In this document: in pieces, positions 1 to 7,829 of the stretch | Numbering within the stretch: position 1 is the first letter of the stretch | Layout: each line of letters begins with the position of its first letter | From: an uncultured bacterium | GTDB taxonomy: Bacteria > Caldisericota > Caldisericia > B22-G15 | NCBI GenBank assembly: GCA_965612865.1 | Contig: CBFDTJ010000002.1 | Location: forward strand, 1 to 42,188 | DNA: 42,188 bases | Direction: 5' to 3' | Position numbers and translations under genes: made by a program | The notes under the pieces: model-generated | Databases searched by the model: none | Seen by the model: the letters and a program-made list of their open reading frames with translations, nothing else | What the model was told of the DNA's origin: nothing

Positions 1-8
1 CAAATATA

Positions 9-17
9 TGATATAAT
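9..17 (+). promoter_or_regulatory. Extended -10 promoter element (TGaTATAAT) for the osmC-like gene
   Basis: TGATATAAT at 9-17 predicts a TSS near 24. This lies just upstream of GGAGG (25-29) and ATG 35, and downstream of the alternative ATG at 20. Confidence 0.45.
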
Positions 18-34
18 AAATGCAGGAGGTGAAT

Positions 35-469
35 ATGAACGATTTCACATTTGAAAGTATCGTTGAATGGAAGGGTGGTTTCGCTTCTATTGGAAAAGCA
101 AGAGACTTCACAATAACAATAGATGAACCGCCTGAACTTGGAGGAGAAGATAAGGGTCCGAATCCAGTTGAATATCTTCTAATGGCTCTGGGAGGTTGCA
201 GTGTAATTATAGGGCAGGTAGTGGCAAAAGAGTTGGGAATAAAAATCGATGCTTTAAAGGTAAAACTCTCAGGAACACTTAATCCCGACAAATTTTTAGG
301 TAAACCTACCAATGAGAGAGCTGGATTTAAAGAGATAGTTGTGGAACTGGAGGTAAAGTCTGATGCTCCAAAAGAAAAACTTGAGGAGTGGAAAAGGATC
401 TTCGAGGAGCGCTGTCCTGTTGGAGACAATTTAAGAAACCCGACTCCTGTTAAGATAGTTTTAAAATAA
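35..469 (+). CDS. OsmC/Ohr family peroxiredoxin-like protein
   Basis: ORF 20..469. GGEDKGPNPVEYLLMALGGCSVI and the C-terminal ERCPV are typical of the OsmC fold. SD GGAGG at 25-29 and the promoter position favour ATG 35 (MNDFTF) over ATG 20. Confidence 0.85.
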   Translation: MNDFTFESIVEWKGGFASIGKARDFTITIDEPPELGGEDKGPNPVEYLLMALGGCSVIIGQVVAKELGIKIDALKVKLSGTLNPDKFLGKPTNERAGFKEIVVELEVKSDAPKEKLEEWKRIFEERCPVGDNLRNPTPVKIVLK

Positions 470-473
470 CTTT

Positions 474-507
474 AAAAGGGAGGGATTCTCCCTCCCTTTA
501 TTTTTTT
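474..507. terminator. Bidirectional intrinsic terminator between convergent osmC-like and cupin genes
   Basis: Stem GGGAGGGA (478-485) / TCCCTCCC (489-496) with loop TTC. It is followed by TTTATTTTTTT on the + strand and preceded by an A-run (a T-run on the - strand). Confidence 0.8.
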
Positions 508-842
508 ACACCTTTATCGGGTATAATGCATAAAAATACTGCTTCTTCTTCACCGATATTTATAAATTGATGTTTTGTATTTGGTGGAATGTATGCAAAG
601 TAATCCTTCTCTCCAGTTTCTTCCTTATCACCGCATCTTATTTTTACTTTGCCTTTGAGTATAAAAACTTCATGTTCCCAATCATGAGAGTGGTAGGGGG
701 TGTATCCACCAGGCTTAACCCTGAACATTCTCATTGCAAAGTTTGGACCAATGATTAACCATCTTATAAAGGTATTTTTAACTCCCTCCATAACCACTTC
801 ATTTTCTTCAACCTTGCTAAAGTGCATAACTTCAAAATTCAT
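498..842 (-). CDS. Cupin domain protein
   Basis: Cupin motif 1 is GGYTPYHSHDWEHEVFILKG and motif 2 is YIPPNTKHQFIN. Size is 114 aa. SD GGAGGGAG lies upstream of the ATG. Confidence 0.8.
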   Translation of the reverse strand: MNFEVMHFSKVEENEVVMEGVKNTFIRWLIIGPNFAMRMFRVKPGGYTPYHSHDWEHEVFILKGKVKIRCGDKEETGEKDYFAYIPPNTKHQFINIGEEEAVFLCIIPDKGVKK

Positions 843-950
843 AACTCCCTCCTTCTAAATTTGGTCTACACAGATAAGAATAAATAAAAATTTAATCTAA
901 TTCAACTCTCTCCATGTTAAATAAGGTGTCCACATAAACAGAGGAAAATT

Positions 951-959
951 TGTTAGAAT
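951..959 (+). promoter_or_regulatory. Extended -10 promoter element (TGtTAGAAT) for the ICMT-floA unit
   Basis: TGTTAGAAT at 951-959 lies 21 nt upstream of ATG 980, with SD GGAGG at 970-974. No clear -35. Confidence 0.4.
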
Positions 960-979
960 GTATTTAATCGGAGGAAAAA

Positions 980-1544
980 ATGAGCTTAAGAAAAAAATTG
1001 ATGGATTTATTCTATAAGGCTGCTACAGGAACAAAAAAAGTCAAGCTAACTCTTACCCCATTAGGGATTCTGTTTTTCTTTGGAGGATTGTTTCTATTTT
1101 TTATCATTTCCTTATGGCTTGATAAAGTATTAAGATTTAAAGGTTTTGTCTCTCATCCATTAAATCTTATAATCTCTATTCCCCTAATAATTTTTTGGTT
1201 TCCTTCTCACACTCTGGTGCGTTTTAACTTTCTTTAAGAAAAAGGGAACACCTGTCCCTTTTAATCCGCCACCAAAGCTTATAAAAGAGGGACCATACAA
1301 ATATGTAAGAAATCCTATGCTTACAGGATTGTTTATTTTGATGTTTGGAATAGGAATTCTCGTAAACTCAATCTCTTTCACATTCATATTTACACCCCTC
1401 TTTATTGTTTTGATGATTGTTGAATTAAAGGCCGTGGAAGAGCCTGAACTTGAGAGAAGGTTTGGGGAAGAATACATCTCTTATAAAAAAGAAGTCCCCA
1501 TGTTTATTCCCCGCTTATCTGGTAAAATAAAAGAAAGGAGGTAA
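980..1544 (+). pseudogene. Isoprenylcysteine carboxyl methyltransferase (ICMT/PEMT) family membrane protein, split by a +1 frameshift in a T6 run
   Basis: ORF 980..1237 (frame 2) and the open frame from 1191 to 1544 (frame 0) join into one ~187-aa protein if one T of TTTTTT (1191-1196) is removed. The joined sequence reads ...IPLIIFGFLLTLWCVLTFFKKKGTPVPFNPPPKLIKEGPYKYVRNPMLTG...EEPELERRFGEEYISYKKEVPMFIP, which is the ICMT-family signature. Confidence 0.75.
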
Positions 1545-1546
1545 AA

Positions 1547-2533
1547 ATGTTTGGATTGGGTATATGGTTTACTGTGATAATAATCTTAATACTCATCATA
1601 GTGGTATTTAGTTTCATTCCTGTAGGCCTATGGATTGCATCCATGGCTGCAGGTGTACCTGTAGGGTTATTCACACTCCTTGGAATGAGATTGAGAAGGG
1701 TTCCACCAGCAAAGATAGTTCTTCCACTTATAAAAGCGAGGAAAGCGGGGCTTGACGCGAGTGTTGACAAACTGGAAGCTCACTATCTTGCTGGTGGAAA
1801 TGTGGATAAGGTAATTGATGCATGGATTGCTGCAGAAAGAGCTGGGATTCCTCTCAACTTTGAAAGGGCGGCAGCCATTGACCTTGCAGGAAGAGATGTA
1901 CTTGAAGCTGTTAGAATGAGTGTTAATCCGAAAGTTATTGAAACACCAATTGTAGCGGCGGTGGCGAAGGATGGGATTGAGCTTAAGGCAAAGGCAAGAG
2001 TTACAGTTAGAGCAAATATAGAGAGACTGGTTGGAGGAGCAGGAGAAGCAACTATTATTGCAAGAGTAGGTGAAGGAATTGTTACAACTATAGGTTCAGC
2101 AGACAGTCATAAAGATGTACTTGAAAATCCAGATTTAATTTCAAAAACAGTACTTGAGAAGGGTCTTGATGCAGGTACAGCCTTTGAAATACTCTCCATT
2201 GATATAGCAGATGTTGACGTTGGAAAAAATATTGGTGCAAAGTTAAGGATTGATCAGGCAGAAGCAGACAAAAAGATTTATCAGGCAATGGCCGAGCAGA
2301 AAAGAGCAATGGCAGTTGCAAGGGAGCAGGAAATGAAAGCAAAGGTCCAGGAGATGAGAGCAAAGGTCGTTGAGGCAGAAGCTGAAATACCAAAGGCAAT
2401 TTCAGAGGCACTAAGAAAGGGAAATATTGGGGTACTTGATTATTACACAATGAAAAATATAATGGCTGATACAGAGATGAGGCAGTCCATATCAAAATTA
2501 TCGGAAGAAGAGGAAAAGAAGGAAGAAAAGTAG
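1547..2533 (+). CDS. floA: Flotillin-like protein FloA (SPFH domain, YqfA/UPF0365 family)
   Basis: Near-collinear resemblance to Bacillus FloA, including [81 protein letters not shown] and [22 protein letters not shown] precedes the ATG. Confidence 0.95.
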   Translation: MFGLGIWFTVIIILILIIVVFSFIPVGLWIASMAAGVPVGLFTLLGMRLRRVPPAKIVLPLIKARKAGLDASVDKLEAHYLAGGNVDKVIDAWIAAERAGIPLNFERAAAIDLAGRDVLEAVRMSVNPKVIETPIVAAVAKDGIELKAKARVTVRANIERLVGGAGEATIIARVGEGIVTTIGSADSHKDVLENPDLISKTVLEKGLDAGTAFEILSIDIADVDVGKNIGAKLRIDQAEADKKIYQAMAEQKRAMAVAREQEMKAKVQEMRAKVVEAEAEIPKAISEALRKGNIGVLDYYTMKNIMADTEMRQSISKLSEEEEKKEEK

Positions 2534-2956
2534 ATGAGTTTCTTCACCGTAGCAATAATTGTATATGTGATACTTATGATAGTCCTTGAAGTTATACAGA
2601 GTGGGAGGAGGAAAAAAGCTCCCACTCCTCCCCTGGAGGAGTATATTCCAGAAGAAATAGTGGAAGAGGTTCAGAAAAAATGGATTGAGGAAGGGGGAGA
2701 AAGGGAAGAAGAAATTAAAAAGCAAGAGATTGAGCCTGTCGAAAAAGAGAAGATAGAAACAGTTGAAGAGATTGTATCTGAAGCCAAAGAAGGGATAGAA
2801 GAAAAGGAAGAGAAAAGGGAAATTTACAGGGAAACCAAGGAAAAGACAATATTAAAAACACTTAAAGATAATGATTTGCTTAAATTAATAATATTTAAGG
2901 AGATTTTAGAACCCCACCCCCTAACAAAGAGATTTTTATTTAAAAGGAGGATTTAA
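2534..2956 (+). CDS. Hypothetical N-terminally membrane-anchored Glu/Lys-rich protein
   Basis: The ATG directly follows the floA stop (TAGATG). It has one N-terminal TM helix (FFTVAIIVYVILMIVLEVI), a long E/K/I low-complexity region, and a short hydrophobic/basic C-terminus. No family recognised. Confidence 0.55.
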   Translation: MSFFTVAIIVYVILMIVLEVIQSGRRKKAPTPPLEEYIPEEIVEEVQKKWIEEGGEREEEIKKQEIEPVEKEKIETVEEIVSEAKEGIEEKEEKREIYRETKEKTILKTLKDNDLLKLIIFKEILEPHPLTKRFLFKRRI

Positions 2957-3514
2957 CTATCTCTCAATTTTTGGTAATTCTATACCTTTCTGTTTCTGAT
3001 ATTTACCCTTCTTATCCTTATAGCTTACTTCACACTCTTCCTCTGCACCAAGGAATATAACCTGTGCTATACCTTCATTTGCATAAACCTTTACAGGAAG
3101 AGGTGTGGTGTTAGATATCTCTATGGTCAGGTATCCTTCCCACATAGGCTCAAGAGGTGTTATATTCACAATGATTCCGCATCTTGCATAGGTAGACTTC
3201 CCAACACATATTCCAAGAACATCTCTCGGAATTCTAAAATACTCCAGACTTCTACCCAGAACAAAGGAGTTTGGTGGTATAACGCAGACATCTCCCTTAA
3301 AATCCACAAAACTCTTTGGGTCAAAATTCTTTGGATCTACGATTGAGTTAAAAACATTAGTAAAGATTTTAAACTCATTTGAAAGCCTTATATCGTATCC
3401 ATAAGATGAAAGTCCAAAGGATATTACTCCCTTTTTAATCTGATTCTCTTCAAAAGGCTCTATAATCTTTTTCTCCTTTGCCATCTTTCTTATCCACTTA
3501 TCATTCTTTAGCAT
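2957..3514 (-). CDS. dcd: dCTP deaminase
   Basis: [23 protein letters not shown] and the [28 protein letters not shown] pattern indicate Dcd. ATG 3514 (MLKNDKWI) with GGAGG 4 nt upstream is preferred to the ORF-track start at 3541, which lies inside thyX. Confidence 0.9.
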   Translation of the reverse strand: MLKNDKWIRKMAKEKKIIEPFEENQIKKGVISFGLSSYGYDIRLSNEFKIFTNVFNSIVDPKNFDPKSFVDFKGDVCVIPPNSFVLGRSLEYFRIPRDVLGICVGKSTYARCGIIVNITPLEPMWEGYLTIEISNTTPLPVKVYANEGIAQVIFLGAEEECEVSYKDKKGKYQKQKGIELPKIER

Positions 3515-4127
3515 TCTTCCTCCTTTCCACATGATCCCCAACTATAACAAAATCTTCAAAAACTGTTGGAGCTTCCCTCTTCAGTATCTTAAGAATCTCT
3601 ATTGTCATCCTTCTTATCTCCCACTGAGCATGCTTGCTTCCCCTGAGTTCAACTATGTGTCTCCACTCCCTTAAATTAGCTGTGACAACAATCTCTGTTG
3701 TCGTTGCATTGGGAAGCACAAATCTTGCATCCTCCTTGGGAATTTTTAAATCTCTAAGCTTTCCATATGTTTCTCTCACACTCTCCATAAAGTCCAGATA
3801 AATTTTATGTGCTTCGGGATTTTCTTCTATCTTTGGTGGTTCAACAAAGGTAAAGTTCTTCTCATCAACATACCTTTGAGACTTCTGAGTAAAAGATGCG
3901 AGTCTATGCCTTACAAGTTGATGGGTAAGGCTCCGGGATACATCGCTGATTCTGAAGCTTGCCACTGCATGTTCAATAACAGAGAGGTGTCCAAGATTAA
4001 TTATCATCCTTATAAACTTTTTTTCACTTCCCTCCCCCATTCTATTAAAGGATTGATAGGAAGTTCTACCTGCTTCCTCAATTACCTTTTCTACATTTGG
4101 TGTTATGTATATAAGTTCAACTTTCAT
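3501..4127 (-). CDS. thyX: Flavin-dependent thymidylate synthase ThyX
   Basis: ThyX motif [14 protein letters not shown] (RHR..S.xxSxR). N-terminus [10 protein letters not shown]. Its 3' end overlaps the dcd start by 14 nt. Confidence 0.93.
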   Translation of the reverse strand: MKVELIYITPNVEKVIEEAGRTSYQSFNRMGEGSEKKFIRMIINLGHLSVIEHAVASFRISDVSRSLTHQLVRHRLASFTQKSQRYVDEKNFTFVEPPKIEENPEAHKIYLDFMESVRETYGKLRDLKIPKEDARFVLPNATTTEIVVTANLREWRHIVELRGSKHAQWEIRRMTIEILKILKREAPTVFEDFVIVGDHVERRKNAKE

Positions 4128-4160
4128 ATAAAATTAAAAAAGAGGGGGGATTTCCCCCTC
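4128..4160 (-). terminator. Intrinsic terminator after ackA
   Basis: Read on the - strand, stem GAGGGGG/CCCCCTC (4142-4148/4154-4160) is followed by TTTTTTAATTTTAT. It ends only a few nt before the thyX ATG at 4127. Confidence 0.8.
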
Positions 4161-4165
4161 AAGAT

Positions 4166-5512
4166 TTATTTCTGTCCAGGTGGTCTTACTATGACTTCGG
4201 CTAATTCTGGTTTTTTCTTGAGTTCTTCCTTTAAAGCTTCCTCCCTTTCAAGGTTTCTGTAATTTGGATCTTCAAATGAATACTTAAACTTTGTATGAAC
4301 GTCATATCTACCCTCAATCAAAGCCACTGTATCCTCAACAAAAACCATCTCTTCATCTGTGGGTATAACAAATATTCTAACCTTTGAACCTTCCCCTGTT
4401 ATTTCGGTTTCTGCATTTCTTGTCCTTGCAAGTTCATTCTTCCTCTTATCATAGATTATTCCAAGTCCTTCAAGCCCATCCAATGCTTTACCTCTTATTG
4501 TTGAGCTCATCTCACCAACACCTGCGGTAAATACAATGGCATCAACTCTTCCAAGAGCTGCGAAGTAAGCACCAATATACTTTTTAAGTCTATATGCTTC
4601 TATCTCAATGGCAAGTTGAGCTCTCTCATCTCCATTCTTTGCTGCCTCCTCAATATCTCTCCTATCTGCATACTTCCCTGTAATACCAAGAACTCCACTC
4701 TTTTTGTTTAAGAGTTTATCTATCTCATCAACGGTAAGGTTCTCTTTCCTCATCATGAAGAAATCTATTCCTGCATCATGATCTCCTGCTCTTGTTCCCA
4801 TAACAAGTCCCTCAAGGGGTGTAAGACCCATAGAGGTATCCACTGAGACACCATTTTTTACTGCGTCTGCGCTTGCTCCATTTCCAATGTGAAGGGAGAT
4901 AAGGTTTGTCTCAAAAGGATCCTTACCGAGGAGGACCGCTGCTCTTTTGGCAATGTATAGGAGTGAAGTGCCGTGAAATCCATATCTACGAACTCCATAC
5001 TTCTCATACCATTCATATGGAAGTGCATAAATGTATGCATGTTTAGGCATTGTTTGATGCCATGCAGTATCCATTATTGCACAATGAGGAACATCCGGGA
5101 GAATTTCCTTTGCTGCTCTGACACCCATAAGATTTGGTGGATTGTGGAGAGGAGCAAGAGGTGAAAGTTCTTCAAAGACTTTTAAAAACTCTTCATCAAT
5201 AATCACAGATTTGGCAAATTTCTCCCCACCATGAACCATTCTGTGACCTACACCCTTAATGCTTTTAAGGTCTTTAATGGCACCTATCTCTGGATCGAGA
5301 AGGGTGTCAATTATAAGCTTTATAGCCTCTCTATGATCAGGACACTCATGCTCAATTTTCACTTCTTTTCTTCCTGGAACAAGATGTCTTATAAAGGAAC
5401 CCCCAATAGTCACTCTCTCCACGATTCCTCTTGCAAGGGTTCTTTTCTTGTCCCAGCTGTAAAGTAAATACTTAACAGAAGAACTTCCGCAGTTCAAGGT
5501 GAGTATGTCCAT
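4166..5512 (-). CDS. ackA: Acetate kinase with ~45-aa C-terminal extension
   Basis: N-terminal ILTLNCGSSSVKY, then HRMVHGG, RRYGFHGTS, SLHIGNGAS, GTRAGDHD and VIPTDEEM. SD GGAGGA upstream. Confidence 0.93.
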   Translation of the reverse strand: MDILTLNCGSSSVKYLLYSWDKKRTLARGIVERVTIGGSFIRHLVPGRKEVKIEHECPDHREAIKLIIDTLLDPEIGAIKDLKSIKGVGHRMVHGGEKFAKSVIIDEEFLKVFEELSPLAPLHNPPNLMGVRAAKEILPDVPHCAIMDTAWHQTMPKHAYIYALPYEWYEKYGVRRYGFHGTSLLYIAKRAAVLLGKDPFETNLISLHIGNGASADAVKNGVSVDTSMGLTPLEGLVMGTRAGDHDAGIDFFMMRKENLTVDEIDKLLNKKSGVLGITGKYADRRDIEEAAKNGDERAQLAIEIEAYRLKKYIGAYFAALGRVDAIVFTAGVGEMSSTIRGKALDGLEGLGIIYDKRKNELARTRNAETEITGEGSKVRIFVIPTDEEMVFVEDTVALIEGRYDVHTKFKYSFEDPNYRNLEREEALKEELKKKPELAEVIVRPPGQK

Positions 5513-5559
5513 CTTTTTCCTCCTAAAATTTTTAGTTTAATTTATTATATAATACAACA

Positions 5560-5596
5560 TAATATAAAAAATAAAAAAGGGGGCTAAACCCCCTTA
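5560..5596 (-). terminator. Intrinsic terminator after the CMD-family gene
   Basis: Stem AAGGGGG/CCCCCTT (5577-5583/5589-5595) is followed on the - strand by TTTTATTTTTTATATT. Confidence 0.75.
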
Positions 5597-5617
5597 TAAA
5601 CTATGAAAAGATTAACC

Positions 5618-5956
5618 TTATTTAAGATCTTCGAGTGCTTTAAGTAATACTGCAAGGTATGTTAGGGCTGGTCCACCTCCCATTAAAGCACCGACAAAAC
5701 CTGCTTCAATTATTTCCTCTTTTGTTGCTCCAGCCTTTAATGCGTTGTTTGTGTGGAATGCAATGCAGTATTTACATCTTGCATTTACAGCAAGTGCAAC
5801 AGAGATAAGTTCCTTAATCTTTGTGGAGAGTTTACCTTCTCCTTCAATTCCATGGACAAGATCAACAAAGAGCTTTACATACTCTGGGTGAGTCTTTTTA
5901 AGCTCTCCAAGTGCTCCCATAAATTCATCCAATGTAGCTTTCATATTCTCTGCCAT
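5618..5956 (-). CDS. Carboxymuconolactone decarboxylase / AhpD-like family protein
   Basis: 112 aa with the CxxC-type motif ARCKYCIAFH, typical of the AhpD core domain. SD GGAGGTG upstream. Confidence 0.85.
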   Translation of the reverse strand: MAENMKATLDEFMGALGELKKTHPEYVKLFVDLVHGIEGEGKLSTKIKELISVALAVNARCKYCIAFHTNNALKAGATKEEIIEAGFVGALMGGGPALTYLAVLLKALEDLK

Positions 5957-5985
5957 CTCTCACCTCCTAAAAATTTTTCATAACA

Positions 5986-5994
5986 ATTATACCA
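5986..5994 (-). promoter_or_regulatory. Extended -10 promoter element (TGgTATAAT) for the CMD-family gene
   Basis: The minus strand reads TGGTATAAT. The predicted TSS near 5979 gives a ~23-nt leader containing GGAGGTG. Confidence 0.45.
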
Positions 5995-6114
5995 TAAAAT
6001 GTTAAATTTTAATCAGAAATTTTTTACAATTTTTAGAAAAAATCTTTCTATATAATAAATCTTCTTCACAATTGTTTTTATAGAAACTCAAACAATAAAA
6101 GACTCATGTAAAAA

Positions 6115-6123
6115 TGGTAAAAT
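6115..6123 (+). promoter_or_regulatory. Extended -10 promoter element (TGgTAAAAT) for mrp/apbC
   Basis: TGGTAAAAT at 6115-6123. The predicted TSS near 6130 lies before SD AAAGGAGA and ATG 6158. Confidence 0.4.
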
Positions 6124-6157
6124 TGGAAAAGAAACTTATTTTAAAGGAGATAGAAGA

Positions 6158-7228
6158 ATGGAAAAGAAAGATGAAGTTTTAAAAGCGCTAAAGAAGGTTG
6201 TTGATCCTGAAATAGGAAGAAGTATAGTAGATTTAGGTATGGTTAAGGATCTAACTGTTGAAGAAGACAGAGTTTCTTTCACCCTTGCCCTTACCGTTCC
6301 AGAGTGTCCGCTGAAGAATGAAATGAAAAACAACGCTGAGAAAGTGCTTAAAGAGTTAGGTTTCAAAGAGGTAAACATAACGTTTGGAAAACTTACAGAG
6401 GGAGAGATTAAAAAGATATTTCCCAACTGGAGGGGAACCCCACCAATTCTTGAGAAAGGAAATATCAAACATCTTATAGCCGTTGGCTCTGGAAAAGGTG
6501 GTGTTGGTAAATCCACCGTGGTAACAAACCTTGCCATATCTCTATCAAAATTAGGATACAGAACTGGGATTCTTGATGCAGACATACATGGACCAAACAT
6601 TCCAATAATGTTTGGAATAAAGGAAAAACCATACGGTATTGACAACAAAATAATACCCCATGAAAGATTTGGCGTAAGGGTTATGTCCCTTGGTTTTATG
6701 ATGAGCGGGGAAGGCTCTCCTGTAATATGGAGAGGACCACTTGTAACTAAAGCAATAAAGGAATTGTTTCAGTTTACAGTGTGGGGAGACCTTGATTTTC
6801 TCCTCATTGATCTTCCTCCTGGAACAGGAGATGCAACAATTACAGTTGGTCAATCCCTTCCATTAACAAGTGCCATTGTGGTAACCACTCCACAGAGAGT
6901 GGCAGTATCTGATGCTTTAAGAAGTGCTAAAACCTTTGAAAAACTAAATGTAAAACTTCTGGGTATTGTGGAGAACATGAGCTACTTTATATGTCCAGAT
7001 TCTGGAAAGAGGTATAATATCTTTGGTGAGGGTGGAGGAGAAGCAATGAGTATTGCATTAAAAGTCCCTCTTCTTGGAAAAATACCAATGGAACTTGATT
7101 TAAGAGAGGGAGGAGATACAGGAGAACCAATAACTGTGAGGAAACCTGAATCTGCTTCATCAAAAGCATTTCTTGAAATAGCGGAAAAGGTGGTGGAATT
7201 AACAGGTGTATCCAAAGAGTCTACTTAA
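6158..7228 (+). CDS. apbC: Mrp/ApbC/NBP35-family Fe-S cluster carrier ATPase with N-terminal DUF59 domain
   Basis: DUF59 segment VVDPEIGRSIVDLGMV..PECPLK. Deviant Walker A GSGKGGVGKST. The region VENMSYFICPDSGKRYNIFGEGGG holds the usual CxxC position, which reads CPDS here. Confidence 0.92.
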   Translation: MEKKDEVLKALKKVVDPEIGRSIVDLGMVKDLTVEEDRVSFTLALTVPECPLKNEMKNNAEKVLKELGFKEVNITFGKLTEGEIKKIFPNWRGTPPILEKGNIKHLIAVGSGKGGVGKSTVVTNLAISLSKLGYRTGILDADIHGPNIPIMFGIKEKPYGIDNKIIPHERFGVRVMSLGFMMSGEGSPVIWRGPLVTKAIKELFQFTVWGDLDFLLIDLPPGTGDATITVGQSLPLTSAIVVTTPQRVAVSDALRSAKTFEKLNVKLLGIVENMSYFICPDSGKRYNIFGEGGGEAMSIALKVPLLGKIPMELDLREGGDTGEPITVRKPESASSKAFLEIAEKVVELTGVSKEST

Positions 7229-7802
7229 ATTAATAGATGTCCTTGAAAGGCTTCCCGGGATAGGACCAAAAAGCGCAGAGAGACTTGCTCTCTACATATT
7301 GAGGATGTCCCCAAACAGAGTGGATGAACTAATCAAATCCATTGAGGAAGCAAGAAACAAAGTGAAGAGATGCAAAGTCTGTTTCAATCTTACAGAGGAT
7401 GAAATTTGCAGCATATGCAAAGATGATACAAGAGATCACTCAACAATCCTCGTTGTTGAAGAAGTAAAGGACCTGGTAAGGATAGAAAATCTTGGTTACT
7501 ATAAAGGGGTTTATCACGTTCTTGGAGGCCATATATCAACTCATGGCAAAGTGGGAGTTGAGCATCTAACCATAAGAGAATTAGAGGAGAGAGTAAAAGA
7601 GGGAGGTATTAAAGAGGTGATCTTCGCTCTCTCCCCTCAATGGGAAGGAGATATAACCAAGGAGTATATTAAAAAACTATTGAAGAAGTATCCAGTCAAA
7701 ATTTCATCTCTTGCAAGAGGAATATCTGGTTCCACCTATCTCGAAGCTATAGATGACACCTCCCTTCTTGAGGCTCTAAAGGAGAGAAGAGAAGAAAAAT
7801 AA
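7206..7802 (+). CDS. recR: Recombination protein RecR
   Basis: HhH motif LPGIGPKSAERLA, C4 zinc finger CKVCFNLTEDEICSIC, and a Toprim region ILVVEEVKD...VIFALSP. The GTG start at 7206 gives MYPKSLLKLID, similar to the Bacillus RecR N-terminus. It overlaps the apbC end by 23 nt. Confidence 0.92.
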   Translation: MYPKSLLKLIDVLERLPGIGPKSAERLALYILRMSPNRVDELIKSIEEARNKVKRCKVCFNLTEDEICSICKDDTRDHSTILVVEEVKDLVRIENLGYYKGVYHVLGGHISTHGKVGVEHLTIRELEERVKEGGIKEVIFALSPQWEGDITKEYIKKLLKKYPVKISSLARGISGSTYLEAIDDTSLLEALKERREEK

Positions 7803-7814
7803 AGAGTTTATCTA

Positions 7815-7823
7815 TGTTATAAT
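7815..7823 (+). promoter_or_regulatory. Extended -10 promoter element (TGtTATAAT) placing the TSS on the nfeD ATG
   Basis: TGTTATAAT at 7815-7823. The last T is 6 nt before A7830 of the ATG. No SD in 7803-7829. Confidence 0.4.
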
Positions 7824-7829
7824 TTTTGT

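Noticed and set aside
20-34. ATG at 20 as the start of the osmC-like gene
   Set aside because: The SD GGAGG (25-29) lies inside this extension. The TGaTATAAT element (9-17) predicts a TSS downstream of position 20. ATG 35 fits both signals.
1191-1196. Programmed +1 ribosomal frameshift at U-UUU-U in the ICMT gene
   Set aside because: There is no slow, rare or stop codon in the A-site (the next codon is UGG), no upstream SD-like stimulator, and no evident downstream structure. Mutation or assembly error is more parsimonious. The site is kept as a finding only as a frameshift.
3490-3498. DnaA-box-like TTATCCAC(T), seen here and at 11567..11574, as a hint of a replication origin
   Set aside because: These are two isolated copies inside coding sequence, 8 kb apart. 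There is no cluster, no AT-rich unwinding element, and no dnaA/dnaN context.
5999-6052. 17-codon small ORF (MLNFNQKFFTIFRKNLSI) in the 200-bp intergenic region
   Set aside because: It has no SD and an AT-rich, chance-level ORF length, and it overlaps the predicted promoter region.
5983-6075. Three ACAATT copies spaced 42-43 bp apart (5983, 6026, 6068; the last within the palindrome ACAATTGT) in the CMD/apbC divergent region, as possible operator sites
   Set aside because: The region is very AT-rich, so a 6-mer seen three times is only mildly above chance. The first copy is simply part of the -10/discriminator of the CMD promoter. It matches no known Fur/PerR/Rex consensus (only a lone TTCACAA half-site).
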